Assembly (NCBI RefSeq): GCF_009914755.1
Contig: NC_060938.1
Direction: 5' to 3' (one strand)
Length of the DNA: 64,000 bases
Source of the DNA: the human T2T-CHM13v2.0 reference genome, Homo sapiens
Numbering within the stretch: the stretch's first letter is position 1; each line of letters opens with the position of its first letter. A model generated the notes under the pieces. That model had not been told where the DNA came from, ran no database searches, and was given only the letters and a program-made list of their open reading frames with translations. A program made the position numbers and the translations under genes. Shown piece after piece: positions 62,227 to 64,000 of the stretch.

Positions 62227-64000
62227 CAGAAAGCCTTTTCTGATCCAGCTCCACAGTGTGTGTGTGCAGACATATGCACAGCCAGCAGTGCCCCTGCCGC
62301 AAGCCCCCACACCCCTCACACTACCCCTGACACAGCTCATGCCACACTGCACAGTGCCCATGCTTTACCAGGAAACCACTTGTCTCCATGCTCCATGGCA
62401 GGAAGAATTGAATCTGGTCTTTCTGCTCCTACCATTGAGTTCAGTCCAGGAACCTGGTAGACTCTTGAAGAAGGAAAGAACAGAGGAAACAGAAAGCTTC
62501 GTCCAGACCCTCTGCCCACCACCTCACCTTCCTGTGCTCACTTCAGGCCTGGTGAAATTCCCAGGGATCAAAGCTGCCATAGGAGAAAAGGGTGAGGCCC
62601 GAGGAAAAACAGACTGGAGAGAATGACTGAGAAAGCAAGGACTATCTGAACAGGCACTCCAGGGCTCCCATAACATAGGTCAGAGCCATTGCTTAGGAAT
62701 ATTTGCAGTGCCCAGTGGGGCAGTGAGGATGACTCGACTTCTAGGAATCACTCCACAGATGGCCCCGGGCCTGTATGTCATGAGACAATCTAAGGGGTCT
62801 CTGGAACAGCTGCCCCTGACCTGCATGTACTGGGCTCACCTAAGGTTCCATGCTGTGATAGCTGGATGTCTCCCTTCATGCCTAATCCATGACAACTTAG
62901 TGAACTGGTCATTGAAGAAACCATTTAGGCAGATTTCAGAAACATCTGACTGGGCTCTCTTCTACCATTGTGCATGAAGAGGAAAAATTAAACAGGACAA
63001 GAGCTCTGGGCCACACAGCCTCACCTCCATTCCTATTGCTAGCCTGACTTGTGAAAGGAAGTGAAAACATTTAAATGTCCTTCTTCTGTCAGCATGGTAA
63101 CCGGGGTGGACGGAGCTGGGTGTACCATTTTAAAATACACATTTAACAGCTCATCTGAGCGGCTGCAGCCATGTTATCAAGCTGAACACACGTTGATCTG
63201 AGTAGATTATAAAAATAGTTCCCAGTGTCTGGGGACGTAGCGCTTTTAAACAAGTGCTTTGCTTTTCAAAGAACGAGCCATTAAGAAGTTCCTTGTATAC
63301 ATGTAGCCCATGAACCTGAAAAGAAATAAAAGTAAAATCAATACCGAATCAGCAACTCTAAGCAGCAGGCTAGAGAATTTGGCTGTTAGAGATATGGTTA
63401 TAAAAGATTGCTATTCAGTTTATCTTTCATTTCCTGCACAGCTAATGATAGGAGGAATCAAAAATCATCTTCACACTGAATTTGCACATTTTGACAAGAG
63501 AAAAAACTCACACTTTTCTTCATATTTTATTTCCTTTTTCCAAAAAGCGATTCAATTTTTTTTTTGGAAATTTAAATTTGCTCTTTCCTTTCACGAAAAG
63601 AATTCTATTACTCCTGCATTCAATCTGTTCAATCTCAGTTTAGTTTCAAGTTGAGACTTTCATTTCCAGACATGTACAGAGTGGTTGCTGTCCCTGTTTT
63701 CCTTCTCATTTTCAGGGCACAATTCCTTGGCAAAGTAGTAAGCTACTGAGTTAAGTCAAACTCACTACTTTTCACCCTCTAAGCGCCCTTTATGTATGTG
63801 AGACTGAACCCATACAACATCTTCTGCAACTAAAGTTCAAAATCATAATGAATCAATTGTGCAAAAGCACAGGAATATCTAATTTTAAAAAACTTTTCAA
63901 AATGAACGCTAAGCCCTTCTCATTTAACTATTTGCCTTGCTTTATAGGCTATAAAAGTATGTATTAATAGGTGTGATAATATTCTTTGTTTTTAGGGTTT

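Noticed and set aside
62132-62626. 164-aa ORF (also the 171-aa ORF at 18132 and 143-aa ORF at 29568)
   Set aside because: Start within or overlap L1/L2 remnants, no recognisable domain or exon structure.

Overview
Primate (most likely human) genomic DNA containing the end of exon 1 of RHOJ (TCL, a Cdc42-subfamily Rho GTPase; CDS 222-399, MNCKEG...VFDHYA) followed by at least 63.6 kb of intron 1. I could not find exon 2 in the window. The intron is dense in Alu, L1, L2/MIR, MaLR (THE1, MLT1), a MER4-group LTR and hAT/Tigger DNA-transposon fossils, and these account for nearly all ORF-track entries. I see no new gene or biological system. The most unusual signal is a cluster of local templated duplications: a 162-bp inverted copy flanked by an 8-bp direct repeat, a three-segment duplication hub at about 37.5-37.9 kb, a 59-bp doublet, and two fold-back insertions inside old repeats. 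Also notable are a uORF whose stop overlaps the RHOJ start (ATGA), a twin-primed L1PA2-like insertion, an Alu nested in an Alu, and a candidate recursive splice site. Repeat subfamilies and boundaries of old repeats were called by eye and are approximate.
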